A stretch of 62,569 bases of DNA, filler included, from Squatina squatina (lineage: Eukaryota): assembly GCA_031763465.1 (NCBI GenBank). It is 4 parts of 4 records of this genome, joined end to end, with 100 filler letters (N's around TTAATTAATTAA, not from the genome) between each part and the next. Parts side by side here need not be neighbours in the genome. Positions count along the whole stretch, not along the records: positions 1 to 14,380 come from JARFOE010000192.1; 3 more parts are not named here. The stretch is one strand, 5' to 3'. The notes below the pieces were generated by a model that made no database searches, was not told where the DNA came from, and saw nothing but the letters and a program-made list of their open reading frames with translations. This document shows, piece after piece, positions 1 through 14,480 of this stretch. Within the stretch, counting starts at the first letter, position 1. Each line of letters opens with the position of its first letter. The position numbers and the translations under genes were made by a program.

Positions 1-269
1 TATTTTTGTACTTTAGCTCAGTGTAAATAATCTGTTTCGTCAACAAAAACCATATGTGACCATCAGAAATAAAAGTGTTTGTAAATATGTATCTGTGCCT
101 CATGTACACGGGCAGAGACATTCATGTGGGAGAACTATATGTGGATGACAAAGGTCAACAGTGCTGAAAATTGCAGCTTGTTTAAGCTTCACCGCAAAGA
201 ATATTCTTCTATTTTTAGTTAATGTTCTCTATTGGTTCAAATAAAGGTACATACAGTGAATTCTTAACA

Positions 270-808
270 AAATGCTGACAGAGAACAAAAATGGAATTAG
301 AGGTAGCCTTGTGACATGGGTCAGTAATTGGTAAGGATGTACGAGATAAAAGTAGTGATAAAAGGGTTTGTTCTCTGATTGGTGGGATGTGACAAGTGCC
401 GTTCTCCAGAGATCTATACTGGGATCTCAGCTTTACACCATATATATTAATGACTTGGATGAAGGAACAGAGAGTTAGATATCAAAGTTTGCAGGTGACC
501 CAGTAAGTTGTGTGGATAGGAGCAGGAATTTACAAAGGGATATAGTCGGAGTGGGAAAAACTATGGCAGGTGGAGTTCAGTGTGGAGAGCTGTGAGGTCA
601 TCCACTTTGGATTTGAGAAAGACAAAAATCAGAATACATATATTTTTTTTAAATCGCAAGTGACTCAGAGCTATGGAGGAGCAAAGGGATTTAGATGTAC
701 ACAAATTACTAAAAGCTACTGCACAGGTACAAAAAGTAAAAGGTTAAAGCAATATAGGCCTTTATCTCAAGGGAGTTGGAATTCAAAAGTGAGGAAGTGA
801 TGCTTCAG
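270..808 (+). mobile_element. Degenerate CR1-type LINE reverse transcriptase fragment
   Basis: Decayed RT motifs: gttctccagagatctatactgggatctcag (VPQGSVLGP-like), tatattaatgacttggatgaagga (YINDLDEG), tcaaagtttgcaggtgac (SKFADD-like), CEVIHFG; several stops and frameshifts. Confidence 0.85.
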
Positions 809-3800
809 NNNNNNNNNNNNNNNNNNNNNNNNNNNNNNNNNNNNNNNNNNNNNNNNNNNNNNNNNNNNNNNNNNNNNNNNNNNNNNNNNNNNNNNNNNNN
901 NNNNNNNNTCAACTCAGAGTCTGTACAGTTATGCACTGTGTCCAAGCTGGTTTCAAACCTAAGTTCCTGCCAATGTTAATGCCTTTGTATGACACAATCC
1001 TAAAAGCAATACTGCAAGAAAGACCTTGGATGGTTCAATGAATGTGTGAAAGTTAATCTGATTCAATAATAGCGACAAAATAATTGGTCATCACAAAAGT
1101 AATTTCTTAAAATGGGACCACCAATTTAAATACTTATACCTGAGGTGGAGCGGAACCTCTACCTGCCCTGGCCCCTGGCTGGAGACTACATCCCAAATCC
1201 TATGGGGGCGGGGGCATTTGCACAGCCACAGTGTGTCACCCTACACCTGTAAAAGTAAATCAGTGCTGCCTTTCAAAGTTTAACATAGAATTTCTTTTTG
1301 AAATGACACCTTAGAACATGCAGCTGATCATCCTGTGATAGATTTCATGGGCTGTATTGCCCATTACAATTTAAAGACCTCCCTTCGCTGCACGTAGCAA
1401 TGGTGGCCACCAGGGATCAATAGGTACAAATGATGGAAAAGGTGTTGGATGATGCAATCCATCATACATATTTATTTATACCAACTTTCCTCCAAAAGAT
1501 TGGTGGTGGAAGGGCAGAAAATCTGGACTATGCTCTTTTTCTAGATTCTTTTGGTAAATGTTGTGCTCATTAAAGTTAAAAACTTTAAGCCATGGGGAAT
1601 TGAATACATTTTCTATCAGAGTCTGCCTCGTAAATTCCCAGATCAGGTATACCATGGACTATGTGTAGAGCAGAGCGCCCTTTATTATATTCTAACAATG
1701 CTGTATAAATTTGTTTGTGAATATTTCCTCTGTTCATTAGTTCTACTGAAAACAAGCACACTGTGTAAAAGAGCACATTTATGAGTCCACGAGAAATAAC
1801 AAGGCAAAATCATCCCAAATGCATTTACAAGTTCCTACACTTAACAACCAAAGGAATTCTTATTCTAATGTGCTTTAACCTCAACCTCCAATTGCACCAT
1901 TCTTAGTGCTAGCCTCGTGAAATAAGGCTGCTAATTGATTTCAAATTCTGGGCAGCTTTGAACTGTAGTCTTACACCCACTGGGAACTGAGTTGAGATTG
2001 CCCACTTATTTCATTAACAACCCTTACAGCTTGGAAAGAGAGAAAGCTTCCGTTTGATCAGTCTGGGCTGCATTCAAATTGAGGTGAAAGGTCACTGCAC
2101 TAAACCTTGGGCCCAGTTATTGATATTTAATTGCAGGTCTGGACTCAAGCTGAAATTTTGGAGCTTAACTAGTGGAATTTTCAACCTTTGACTACATATC
2201 AGGCATTTAAATTTGCTTCTGGCCTGAGGTGTTGTTGATCTACTTCATTAAACTATGCAGTTAAAACAATGAAAGCGAAATCCCTCCGGCTTGAGAGTAT
2301 TGGGAGACATATTAATAGCAAGGCAAAGCAACTCAATGAATGTTGGCAAATATAATTAACTGTGACATTGTGCATTCTGTGGAAAATGATTCATTAACAG
2401 GCTGGTATTTCCATAAAGGTGTGAATCAGCTTGAACCTTCATCTCGTTTCTTTGATCTGTTTCTCCTACAATTATATATATTTTTTCTCAAGGTTTTCTC
2501 TGTGTGAATGAATCCTTTAAATGCAGCTTCCATGAAAAATGAATTAATTAATCTTATCAAGTCTGTTAGCGTAGCTTTTCAAAGGCAGGTAGAAAGTTAA
2601 AGACTGTATAGACTTCAGAAATAATGTCCACACTTTTCCCTGAAGATTTTCGTGTTGGCTTCCTTTGGTTGCTAACTGTGCCTTTGTACCTTTCACTGAG
2701 TTACTGAGGTTCCCAGGGTCTGTCCTTCACAGAAGGCTGCATATACTTTCATTACCGCATAGTAAGGGAACAAATCATTTCAAACTTACATTACATGTGT
2801 GCTGACTAACTGCAAACACTCACATTTATTTGCTCATAATGTAGCTTATCACAAGAAAAAAAGTCAAGAAAATGAAAGANNNNNNNNNNNNNNNNNNNNN
2901 NNNNNNNNNNNNNNNNNNNNNNNNNNNNNNNNNNNNNNNNNNNNNNNNNNNNNNNNNNNNNNNNNNNNNNNNNNNNNNNGACTAGTTTGTTTGTGCAGCT
3001 GATCTATGCAGCAAAGAAAAGTAAAGAAAAGGATGAATTTGGTCTGACAGGCTTTCAAGTTAAAAATATTTGAGGAGAAACACATATACCTCAGGTACAA
3101 CTCTTACTTATGAGGATTGAATGATTCTGCTGTCAGTTGGTAGAGCCCTTTTCTAGCTCTATGTACCAGGAAAGCTTTTAAACTTTCAACAGATTCTACT
3201 TGTTAAGACAGTCTTTCAGATGAAATGCATTACATTAATATTTGTGTTATTTTACTGAACTATAGTGCTTGGCAGCTCATAGCTTCTTGTCAGTGGCAAT
3301 CAGCAGCACAGAGGTTTCTGTAATCATGTAGGAACAATGAATAAATAATAGAATTTCCACACTTGAGAAACATATTATTCATCTGCAGCAAGTATTGTGG
3401 ATCGCCTTCATTCATATTCCAGATCTCTCTGTCTCATTTTTTGACGTGGATGACTAATCAGATATTAATTCCATATTAATTTGCAATTGTAGGCCTTTAT
3501 CATGCATTCTAATGCAATTTTTTAATAGCAAAGCTATGTACTGGATAAATAAGCAACCATGATGGATTGGTGGAGAGGATTTGTTCTGATGCGGTTTTGG
3601 TATCGAAGCAGCAAGAATGTCACAGATGCCAAATGTTAAAAATTGATAGGAATAATTTTATGAGCACTTTAAATGGTACCAACTACACACTCGGAAAAAG
3701 AAACAAGGTAGGACCTCAAGAGCCTTGTCAGTAGTGATTGATAATGAAACCTCTCCCTGGGTCACCTTGATTGCACGCTGCCACCTGTCTAGTGGTATAT

Positions 3801-4164
3801 GTCTTTCTTAAAGGGTCTGGCAGGTGCTAGAACCTGCCTATCTCAGGAAAATGAGTTTCATTGGTTCAATGGAGCGCAGCATAGAAACATAGAAACATAG
3901 AAGATAGGAACAGGAGTAGGCCATTCGGCCCTTCGAACNNNNNNNNNNNNNNNNNNNNNNNNNNNNNNNNNNNNNNNNNNNNNNNNNNNNNNNNNNNNNN
4001 NNNNNNNNNNNNNNNNNNNNNNNNNNNNNNNNNNNNNNTACCACTGCAGGCCACTATCCATGTACATCAGGATTACAGCATTGCCTGGAATGAGGTGGAG
4101 ATAGGCTTGAAGCTGCAGTTGCTGTAAATTCCTTTGATCTGTAAGTACTAGACACAAAAGGAAC

Positions 4165-4430
4165 AAATTGCATTTATATAGATCCTTTCACATCCTCAGG
4201 TTGTCCCAAAATGTCGCACAAGCAGCAAATGAATGAATAATCTGTTTTTGGTGTTGTGGCTTGAGAGAGAAATGTTGTCCAGGACAAGTTACTTTGCTTT
4301 CAGTAAGGCCATGGGATCTTTTTTGTCCAACTGAACAGTCAGATGGGGCCTGTTTAATGTCTCATNNNNNNNNNNCCTCAATACTGCATTACTGCCAGCC
4401 TAGATGCTTATGTTTCAGTGCAGTATTGAG
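4165..4430 (-). mobile_element. Degenerate SINE of the same family as 49730-50100 and 57703-58020
   Basis: Shared blocks: ttgcatttatata, gccatgggatctttt, ggggcctgtttaatgtctcat, cagcctagat. Confidence 0.6.
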
Positions 4431-7400
4431 GAGTGCTGAGAAGACAGTTTTGACAAGCATTCAATAAAATGTGTCAGGCTTAAGGTCTATTTCTCCACTG
4501 CAGAGCAATTAAGGCTTTTTTGCCTTGTAGCTGGAGCAAAGCTGACCAGCAGTGCCATGAACTGACTGCCCTCAGTTCTCGGCTCAGGTGATTTAAATAA
4601 TTATCCTCCATCCTTGGATTTTGAGATTGTAATGAGGCTCGTGCTTAGGAATATTAAGGGGTTTCTGCTTCCCTTATGTCATCCGGTCAAAGCCACGGGC
4701 ATATTTCGTGTCTTGGCTTCTCCCCCCTTTTACTGCCCACTCTCCAGCACCCAGTGCATGTCTGCACTGCTTTTTCATTGAAGTGGAAAATATACCCTTT
4801 AATTCCATTGTGTGTTATTGTTATATTGGTGTTAAAAGCATTGCTCTGCCACTCAGTTTTGCACATTTGAAACAGGTCACTTGGGAAAGCATGAGAAATA
4901 TGAGAGATATGAATTGTATCTGTTTCCTGTTGATCTACTTTTGGAATATTGTACGATTAGTTTCACATGAAAAACAGTCATGCAGCAATGTAATTGTGAG
5001 GATGCAGATGTTGCAACTCATTTATCTTCATTATATCATAATAAAGATAATGATTACATTTTACAACAGATTCTTTTCTGCTCCATAAAGAAAGACACCT
5101 ACTACATTATTGTCACTGTTATTTCATCTCAAAAAACCAGGCACCATGGCTCTGACCAGAGCTTCTTCTCCCTGTGTGCAAATCAAGAGCATTTGTTCAA
5201 ACAACCTCAGCTTTTTTTCATTTACTCCAAATCAGAGAATTGTACAATTTTACAGCACAGAAGGAGGTGGTTTAATCCCACTTTCCAGCTCTTGGTCTGT
5301 AGCCTTGTAGGTTACAGCAATTCAAGTGNNNNNNNNNNNNNNNNNNNNNNNNNNNNNNNNNNNNNNNNNNNNNNNNNNNNNNNNNNNNNNNNNNNNNNNN
5401 NNNNNNNNNNNNNNNNNNNNNNNNNNNNGTGTAGGTCCCAGCCTAAACATAGTATTAGCCCAGTGCTGGAGAGTTTGTTACTCAATACAGTGAGTTGTTT
5501 TAAGTGCTGCTTCGCCTCAGTCATTCCAGCTCCACCCTGCATGTGATACATGAAAACCGTCCACCTGCCCTCTTACACAGGAGACTATCTTTGGGGCAGA
5601 CCAAAGTTCTTTCCCAAACAAGGCCCCACAGAAAGTGGAAGCACAGGTCCGGACCTGGCAAATTTGGGCCCAACCACATTTGCGGGCATTCCGCTGCACT
5701 CCTATGGACATACAGTGGATTTTCGGAGTTAGCATCTATGGGAGAGTAAAAGAGAAAAACAATTGTGGAAAAAAGAAAAGACAAAATAAACACTTACTTC
5801 AAAAATGCACTTTACAACAACACATAAACAAACAACAACTTGTCTTTAACATAAAAAAAATCCCAAAGCATTTTCCTGAGGCGCAATCAAAAAAGGAGCT
5901 ATTAGGACAGATGACCAAAAGCTAGGTCAAAGGATGAATTTTAAAGAGTCTTAAAGAAGGAAAGGGAGGTGGAGAGACCTGGGAGGACAGGGTGATGGGT
6001 AAACAGGACGCTGTAGAATAAGGTATGAGCAGCAGAGTTTTGTATGAGATGAAGTTTACAACATTTACTGTAAAATTAGATATATAAGTTGCTTATTATT
6101 TTAAAAAGGAGCCCCTCCAAACACCCTGTGATGAGTGGTGGTTGTGAGTGAAAAATGCAGGAGGGGTGAGGGTGAAATTCTGAGATAAGGTAAAATAAAA
6201 TTGCAATAAATTCAGACTTGAAAAACATGTTATTTATTTTGAGTGGATGTGAATCTTGCTTAAATTACCTCTGCGGGCCCTCACTGAAGTAGATACACGC
6301 TAGAGATTTCTAAAATTACAGATCGGTACAGCTCTGACACTGTATAAACACTGGTAACATTTGGTATGCTGGTCTGTTAATACACACACACTGAGAGTGA
6401 CACTGTCTCATTTGGTCTCTACAAATTCATGCTTGTTATCTGTCTTGTGCTCCATAGAATTAGATTTTCAATATACAAATAGATAGAACTGGCAGCTCTT
6501 TCATACACTTTTCCCTCGTGGATCACACCTCCAGAATGACAGGAAAGGCAGTGAATCTTGGTTTTCTGAACTGATTTTCATCTGCACTGGGATTGAAGGT
6601 GAAAATAAATTAAACTTTCAACAAAAATAATAAAGTTCCTATTATGATCTGACTAAGATAAATGTTCAGCATTTTCTAATGGCCAGCTTTAAACCGTTAC
6701 AATTCAGAAACGGGTACTGGTGGGGAGTCAGTAGGGATCTGCCACCTCTGATCCCAACGTCAATTTTGTGCCTCTCTCTCTGAGAAATCCCTTTGGGGCG
6801 ACGTTTCCTGTTAGGCTGAGGATGTGAAGGTTTATGAAGATTGCACTCCCGAGTTGTCTTACGCCTCACTACAAAGAATAGTATTTGAAAGACACAGATA
6901 TCTCCCAGATATGCAGCAGTGTGTAGGATGATTTTGTTTCTTTTTGCAACATTAAAACAAACAGCATCCTTTGATTTATTTTGTTGTTGAAACTTTTAAA
7001 TTGTAGGAGGAAGGGAAGATTGTGGTGGGGGTGGTGGAGTTCTGAGGTCCTGGGAAAGAATCAGCAGAGGCTGTGCATTGAGCCTCAATTCCAACACAAT
7101 GACAGAGGAGGAAGGGCGACGAGAAAGGCTTAAAAGAGCAATTTGCACAGTAGTAGGGAAAAAGTGGAGACAAAAAGNNNNNNNNNNNNNNNNNNNNNNN
7201 NNNNNNNNNNNNNNNNNNNNNNNNNNNNNNNNNNNNNNNNNNNNNNNNNNNNNNNNNNNNNNNNNNNNNNNNNNNNNTTACTTTTGGGAGGAGAGTATGG
7301 AGAAATTTTATGCCTTTCCTTAGGAGATAGAAGAGTTGTATGGATAGTTGAATGGACTATTTTTGATCTGTGGAAGGAATGGGCTTGACAGGCCAAATGG

Positions 7401-8327
7401 CATTCTCTTGTTCTGTGATTTCTTATATGCTAAATAATTTGAAAATCTGTATTCAGCTTGCTCCTTGGATACACAAGTCTCCTTTGCTTAATAATTCATT
7501 CCACTTCCCGGACAGATTCTCAGGCTTACACAATATACAAAGCTTTTTTTATAGCGGCTTTTCAATCAAAGTCTCATATCTGGCACCAGTTGGAAGTGCT
7601 AACAGATGCAGCAAACAATTTCCTTTTTCCTCAAGGCAGCCAATGATAACAGTTTTATTACTGCATATGATTGCCTGATAAAAAGAATCTTCCCCATCTT
7701 CTAATTGAATATAAAACTGTATTACTTGCTGCAAAGGAAATTTATTTTAGCATAAAGCAAAAAGAAAAGCACTATGTTGTTCCATATAGTTGATGTTCTT
7801 ATAATTTTCCTGTAAGGTGCAAACACGTTCTTAACACCGACAGCAGTGTGCTGATAAAACTGATTATCAATGGGATCATTAAATCACTTGAAAATGTATT
7901 TAATTAAGATTTCATGAAAATGCAAAGTTTGAAGAAAGATTTAGCAAATGGAATTTTACTGCAGTAAAGCCTGCTTTGATAAGTCAAGTTTTGATGCAAT
8001 GATTCGGAGATGCAATTTGATCTTTTTCTATTATGGTTATCCACAGCGATATTGTATAATGAAAGTGGTTTGCCTCTTTCACTGGTCATTCCGTACCTGC
8101 CTGTTAGTCTATTCTCTTTGATATTTGAAAGTAACATGATTGATAATGGTGCAAAGAATGCAAGACTTTCATGATTGATTCATTTTGAATCTTGATGCAT
8201 TACTGACCAAAAGTAATCTTAGGACAGNNNNNNNNNNNNNNNNNNNNNNNNNNNNNNNNNNNNNNNNNNNNNNNNNNNNNNNNNNNNNNNNNNNNNNNNN
8301 NNNNNNNNNNNNNNNNNNNNNNNNNNN

Positions 8328-8560
8328 CTGCAGTCCATCTGGCTAGTCCCAAAAATGAATACGTCCTAATCACACACTCCCTCCAATATCTACCCAATTC
8401 ACCCATATTTTTTTCCATACTATCTGCTTCCAAAGGCAGTCCATTCCACATATTCACCATTTTGTTTGTAAAGGAGTTAAATCTGAAATGTCTATGCACC
8501 TTCCCTCTTCTAAGCTCGAAGCCTTGTCCCCTGGTCTTGGAGAATTTTGATCATTTTGTT
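8328..8560 (-). mobile_element. CR1 LINE 3' end fragment
   Basis: Minus-strand reading RHFRFNSFTNKMVNMWNGLP resembles the CR1 ORF2 C-terminus (FFxxRVVxxWNxLP). Confidence 0.65.
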
Positions 8561-11299
8561 GGCGTTCAATGTATCAATTCCCTTAAAAATCATAAATATC
8601 AGAGGGACATACAAATTTCAACTTTATACCTGCTTGTCTTGTCCATTGTGTTAAAAATGCAGCTTCAAATAGATGTCACTTTGGTTATTCCACCAACAAT
8701 CCAATGCAACAAGTTAATTTGTTCCCAGATAAAGCCTCAAGCCATTCAATTCAAAGACAAGTATTCTGTAGATCTTTTTATTGTATATGTTTTATTGGCG
8801 GCCCCTTTTGAGATTGACAGATATATTTCTAATTTCTTTGTTTCAGCTTATCTTCAACTGGTTTTGTAGGTGTATCTCAGGTTGAAGTCAGCAATTATTC
8901 CCAAGTCACCAGTCACAGAAACAGGCCAGAGAATCCCTCGTAGATCAGGGGCTGTGTTCCAAGGTTCCGTTTCATATTGAGTGTTAATGGTGGGAAGCAC
9001 TTCTGTTATTTTCTATAACCTGAGGAGCTTTGGCTAAATATGCAATTACTGCAAATCTATTCTTTGTTCTTGCCACTTTCATTTATGTTTACTGTTCAGT
9101 AAATCTGTCAAGTAGTTTATAGCCTAAACCACAAACTGATAGAATGTTTATTCTTCTGCTTTTCTGAAGATGAAGAAGCCACATGTTGACATTTGATATA
9201 TACAGTAAACTGAAATATAGTGACAGTGGACAGTTGGACTTCTGGGCTTGCCACATTTACCTAGATACTGCGCAAGTAAGTGCACTCTCTGAATCATAGT
9301 GGGTGAGGGTACATTAATGGAAGTGACGGAATCAGAGGAGACCATCTCATGTTAAAACCAAATATAGTGAGATATTAAGGATTAAGTTCATAGTGCCTTC
9401 TTCTGCCAAAATGCTATTCGTGCCAGCCATGAATACACCAAAAAAAACTCTTTTCAAATTAATTATCAGACAAAATGAGATCAACATTTTTTTACTGCTT
9501 AGACTGTGAATATCGTACATTTACTACAGAGTTCCTGAGCACAGCAGAAGAGCAGGCCTACAAGGAGAGCCATGCTGCCACCAGGAACNNNNNNNNNNNN
9601 NNNNNNNNNNNNNNNNNNNNNNNNNNNNNNNNNNNNNNNNNNNNNNNNNNNNNNNNNNNNNNNNNNNNNNNNNNNNNNNNNNNNNNNNAACTTCTCACCA
9701 TTCAATGCATTTGAACGCTGTTTTTGCAAAGCTAACAGTGGAGTGGCACATCTTGGACAGCAACTTCTGGATTTTTGCGTTTAACCTTGCATCTGCCCTC
9801 GCCTGAAATTGCACAAAAAAAACGGTGAGTGCTGTTTGTCTCATGGTTACTTTGACAGTAAATTCTGACCCATTATATTGATAAAATTCAAATCAATAAA
9901 AACAATCAATGCCAGTTCATTTTGCTTAAACACTTGACAAGGAAATGAAATAATGGCATTAATGAGAATGTACGAAGGAGATCTGTGATAAAAAGTAATG
10001 CTGTTGTAAACAATAAAAGCTGAAGCTGTTACATGCAACACGACACTCAAAAATGGCAATTAACTATAAAGATAAATGGAACATAAATATTAGAATAAAT
10101 TACAACACAATAAATAACATTTCAAGAAAAAGCGAAGGTATGTGCTCATGGCAACCTTGTAGCCTAATAAGTTATCAAGGGAAAGCTAGTTTCAAGAATG
10201 AAAATATCTCTGTTAATGGATATTTAATTGATTTTTACTTCACCTATACAGTTATAAAAGATGGTCGCACAGAATTAGATAATGGAAATCCGGGCAGATT
10301 GAAAAATGAACTGGTGTTCCTGTTCCAGGAAGTGGGAAGAAATCATTTTTCATATAATGGCAACTGCTGTGTGATTGCTTATATAAGAATCTGAAAGATA
10401 ATCCACCTGCAATCCTTCTTTTACTGCTCGAAATTCATGAGCTCATGCATCGCTGCCTTCGGCTCTGCATTTGAAATCAATTCACTGTATAAACCTGCCT
10501 CCCTCTCAGCTTCAGTTTTTCACTTTCATGTTAAGCACTTTGAATGAGAGAGGTTTTTATTACATGACTCTGAAGCTGCTACACACAGCATGAATCTCAA
10601 AAATTGCAATTAAATACAAAGGCAATACAAATCCTGAAGCTATTGCACACTAACAAAAGGTAATTCTCAATTAATTGTCACTTCCACTGCTATTCCCATT
10701 AATGATATTGGCCCTAATTTTAATGGGGAGGGGAGTGGGTACAGCGCTCTCGAGCCCTGAAGCGGGCGACGCAATCGGGGAAGTCTAGGAACGAGGAGGC
10801 CCGGCTGAACTCAGGGTGACTGCATATCTGCTCCCTCGTCACCCACTCCACCAGTGCCCTTATTAATGCCACACAGCCTGCTAGACCAGACTGACATGTC
10901 TCATGCCGGAATACTGCAGTTGCAGCCAGGCCTGCTCCAGGTTGCTGACCACGGTCATCTGAAGTGTTCTCAATGGAAGCTCAGCAGCCTTCCACTTCCC
11001 AAGCTGTAGTCACTGGGAAAATACTTCATATGAGGAAACAAGCAATGAAGACGGGCATTAAGGACTTGCACAAGAGTGATTCATAATTATGTCTATTAAC
11101 TATTAGATACAGATGGAATTCAGTTGTTTGATAAATTTGTCTTTAATTCTGGATTTGGTGCTGGTATTTATATTTATAGTGAGTGAAGTGAGGGCAAGAC
11201 CCATAAGACTGGAGTGAAGGAAGGCAAACAGATAAGGATTGTGGTGTATTAGGGATGAGAGGGATAATTCACGTGAAGCACTGTTAGATGAGCTGCTCT

Positions 11300-12460
11300 C
11301 TCTCTGGTAGTTGGGTCAGTGGTGGTCGATGCTGCTCCTCCAATTCCGTCTCCTCCTTCACTTCTTCCTCCTACTCCTGCTGAGGTTCATGCTGTCCATT
11401 TGTTGGTAAAGGCTGGTCCCTCATGATTCAAAGTTATGGAGCATGCAGCAAACAACCTCAAATATGGATACCTGCTCTACCTGAATGGTCCAGGCAGCAG
11501 AAATGTTGCTTGAGCACGCTACCTGTCTGCTCAATGATGTTTCTGGTGGCAGGATAGTTCTTGTTGTAGGACAATTCTGCATCTGTGCCCAGATTCCTGA
11601 CAGGAGTGATTTGTCAAGTCTGAAGGGGAGAGCCCTTGTCACCCAGGCCAGCCTGTAACCTGAAGGGCTGGTTAGAACAAAAGCAGCACAGAGGTCTGGC
11701 ACAGAATAAATGAACCATGAAATTGTGCACAGAGATGCCTGATGTGCTGTCTACTGTTGCAAACCAGCTGGATGCTGGGGAATGGAATCCCTTTCCATTG
11801 AGATGGATGCCAGCCTGGTGATAGGAAGCATGCAAGGCAATGTGAGTGTTATCTATGGCATCTTACACCCTGGCATGTGCCAAGAGTGTAATACTCTCTC
11901 ATCCTACTTCACTCTGTCCATCGGGAAAGAGATGTAGGTATTCTTCCTGGTGTAGAGAGTCTTGGGTACCTCCCTGATACAAAGGTGAACAGCAAAATGG
12001 GAGATGTTGCTGATGTCACCTGCTGCAGCCTTGGAAGGAGCCTGTTGCACAAAGGTTAAGGGCCACGTCACTGCTGTCCATGCGCTGGTACAAGACTCGA
12101 GTTGTGGCTGCACCAAGTAACATAGCTCAGTTACAGCCTCCTCTGTGAAGCAAATGAACCTGAGACAGTGCTCCTCCGTGAACTTCACGAAGGAGAAATG
12201 CTCCCTGAAGATCTACTTTGGTATGGCCTCCTGCCCGGTGTCTTCCTCCTCACTCTTCTGAGAGCTGCACTGGATCTCTCCTGTCTTCCTTGCTGCTTCC
12301 CCGCCTCCTCCAGCCCCAAAGGCAGCCCTACCAGATCACTTATGACTGGAGTTAAACTGTGGGCTGCGCACCTCTGGCACATAATGAGCGTGCGCACCCC
12401 ACCACCACATGCCTGCTTTGTGCCTGAAAAATGGGCATGGAACTATCAAATTTCTAGGCC
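11300..12460 (-). mobile_element. PIF/Harbinger DNA transposon, degenerate transposase (HARBI1/DDE_Tnp_4-like)
   Basis: Minus-strand pieces EEHCLRFICFTEEAVTELC, AAAGDISNISHFAVHLCIREV, NGKGFHS, LGDKGSPLQT, VVCCMLHNF followed by an acidic tail match the Harbinger transposase motif order; frameshifted. Confidence 0.85.
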
Positions 12461-13424
12461 ATGATGGACCTGGTTAGAGAACTGTATCCTGCATTTAATC
12501 TATGGTATACCTAACTACAGTGAAGTACCATGTGTTCAATCTATGATCAGAGAGCTGTATCCTATATAAACCCCATGGAATAACTGACCAGGAAGCTGTT
12601 GCATGCATCTGTTGTATATAATTCCTGACCAAGGAGCTATAACCTATACCCAAACCATTTCTTGTTGATACCAGCACAGCAAGGTGACCTGTTGCATCGA
12701 TGGATGTGCACACTGTCAAGGCCTGCAACAGCAGAAGCAACTCTGTAACTTTAGTAAATCACACCAATACAAGAGTATTGTATTCGAGAAGGCAGAAAGA
12801 GACCAGAGCTCATATAACTATAGTAACCTTTATCTGTTGTGATATAAACAGAATAACATTACTGTCATCTCCTTTATTGCTGGTTTCTGCCTGTCACTTT
12901 GGTGCACAAAGTATTCCTGTGAGTATAGACTCTATAATCAGTCCCTCTGTTGTCAGAGCAGTCAGCTGTTCATGTTTGTTTGTTGCTTCCACTTCACAGT
13001 CAATTTCAAGACTGCAGCAGCAGGCAATTAAGTGTGACTGACTTGACTTATTTGAGGTGAATTTAGTGCAAAACAATTAATCCTCAACTCATTGTGGTGG
13101 AAAAGTACACCATAGGACCCAGGCCTCTCATTTCACGTTTAGTTTTTCTTTCTCAGTCGCATTTACAGCATCCACTGTGCTTTTACTGGTTTACTTTTTG
13201 CAATAATGGTTTGTTGGGTTATACTCACTCTATCATTCCCATAAAATGTGACAAGAATCAAAGTATGTGAACTATTCTTCAGGTAACATTGTCGGTAGAT
13301 GTTCGACAGACTTGGAAGACACTTNNNNNNNNNNNNNNNNNNNNNNNNNNNNNNNNNNNNNNNNNNNNNNNNNNNNNNNNNNNNNNNNNNNNNNNNNNNN
13401 NNNNNNNNNNNNNNNNNNNNNNNN

Positions 13425-13740
13425 TCATCAGATGCTGCATAATGGTTGGGTCCGCAAGTGTGTTGATGGACCTGGCTACTACTTCCAAACTGGAAAGGAT
13501 GGGCTCCAAGCTCTGCGCAAAGCCCTGTGCCAAGTTGGTGCCAGACTCTTCCGTGCTCCTTGATATTGAATGCAGGCTTTCTGGCAGGTTTCCCAATGCA
13601 CCAAGCATGTGCATACCAATCAGCATCCTTCTGTAGGCCTGTATGCTTGCTTTTACCATGCATAAGAAATTAAAGAGCTTTCTGTGGGCAAGAGTTGGGC
13701 AAATAGCCCAAATCTCCACCCAGGAAATCTCTCTTCCAGT
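13425..13740 (-). mobile_element. Probable fragment of a Harbinger second ORF (Myb/SANT-type accessory protein, C-terminal part)
   Basis: Reading YRRMLIGMHMLGALGNLPESLHSISRSTEESGTNLAQGFAQSLEPILSSLEVVARSI resembles shark Harbinger accessory ORFs; no splice sites seen. Confidence 0.45.
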
Positions 13741-14380
13741 CCAAGCGTATGATCTGTCAAGACAAATCCTGACAGATCACAAGTTCCAGAGTTAGGGGCA
13801 TGCGCAATGCAGACCTAGATCTGGAACTTGCGGGGCCCGTANNNNNNNNNNTTCTGAATCAACACTCTCCTCCATTTAACTGTGTGGAAAAGTCAGTCAT
13901 TCCTGATATGAAGCATAATATTTTTTTAAATATAAATGTTAATTTCAGAAATGTATAAATGTCAATTTCAGAAATGTATAAATGTCAGGAGTCTCACATT
14001 GACTCTCATCCACAAAAATATGTTGCTTCAATTGCTTAATGTTTCTCCTCCCAATCCCAAAACCCAGTCAGCCTTTTAGCTTTCAGCATCTTCTTCAAGT
14101 TCTTTGTGTTTTCTAATCTCTTCACACTTCCATCTCATCCAGCATTTCATCTCTGTTACCTTGCATCTTCTCAAAGTTCTATTTGCGTCATCTCATCCTC
14201 TTGACATTTCTTCTCTAAGTGAAGAGTGAGTGCAGCCAGTGATGGTGTGACAAATATTTATCTGCCGTCAGTCACTCTCATAGCAATCCTTTCAAGAATC
14301 TTTTCAAATCGAGGTCTGTACAGAGGTGAGTGCTCCAATAAGTTGTAATGTACAGTCAGCCTGTGCAATTTAAGCTGAGT

Positions 14381-14480
14381 NNNNNNNNNNNNNNNNNNNN
14401 NNNNNNNNNNNNNNNNNNNNNNNNTTAATTAATTAANNNNNNNNNNNNNNNNNNNNNNNNNNNNNNNNNNNNNNNNNNNN
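14381..14480. other. Artificial scaffold spacer N44-TTAATTAATTAA-N44
   Basis: TTAATTAATTAA at 14425-14436 gives stops in all six frames; identical construct occurs three times. Confidence 0.97.

Noticed and set aside
13931-13986. 23-bp direct repeat, about 2.4 copies
   Set aside because: Simple local tandem duplication with no sign of function
14425-14436. TTAATTAATTAA as a homeodomain site or piggyBac footprint
   Set aside because: Centred in N runs and repeated identically three times; synthetic linker
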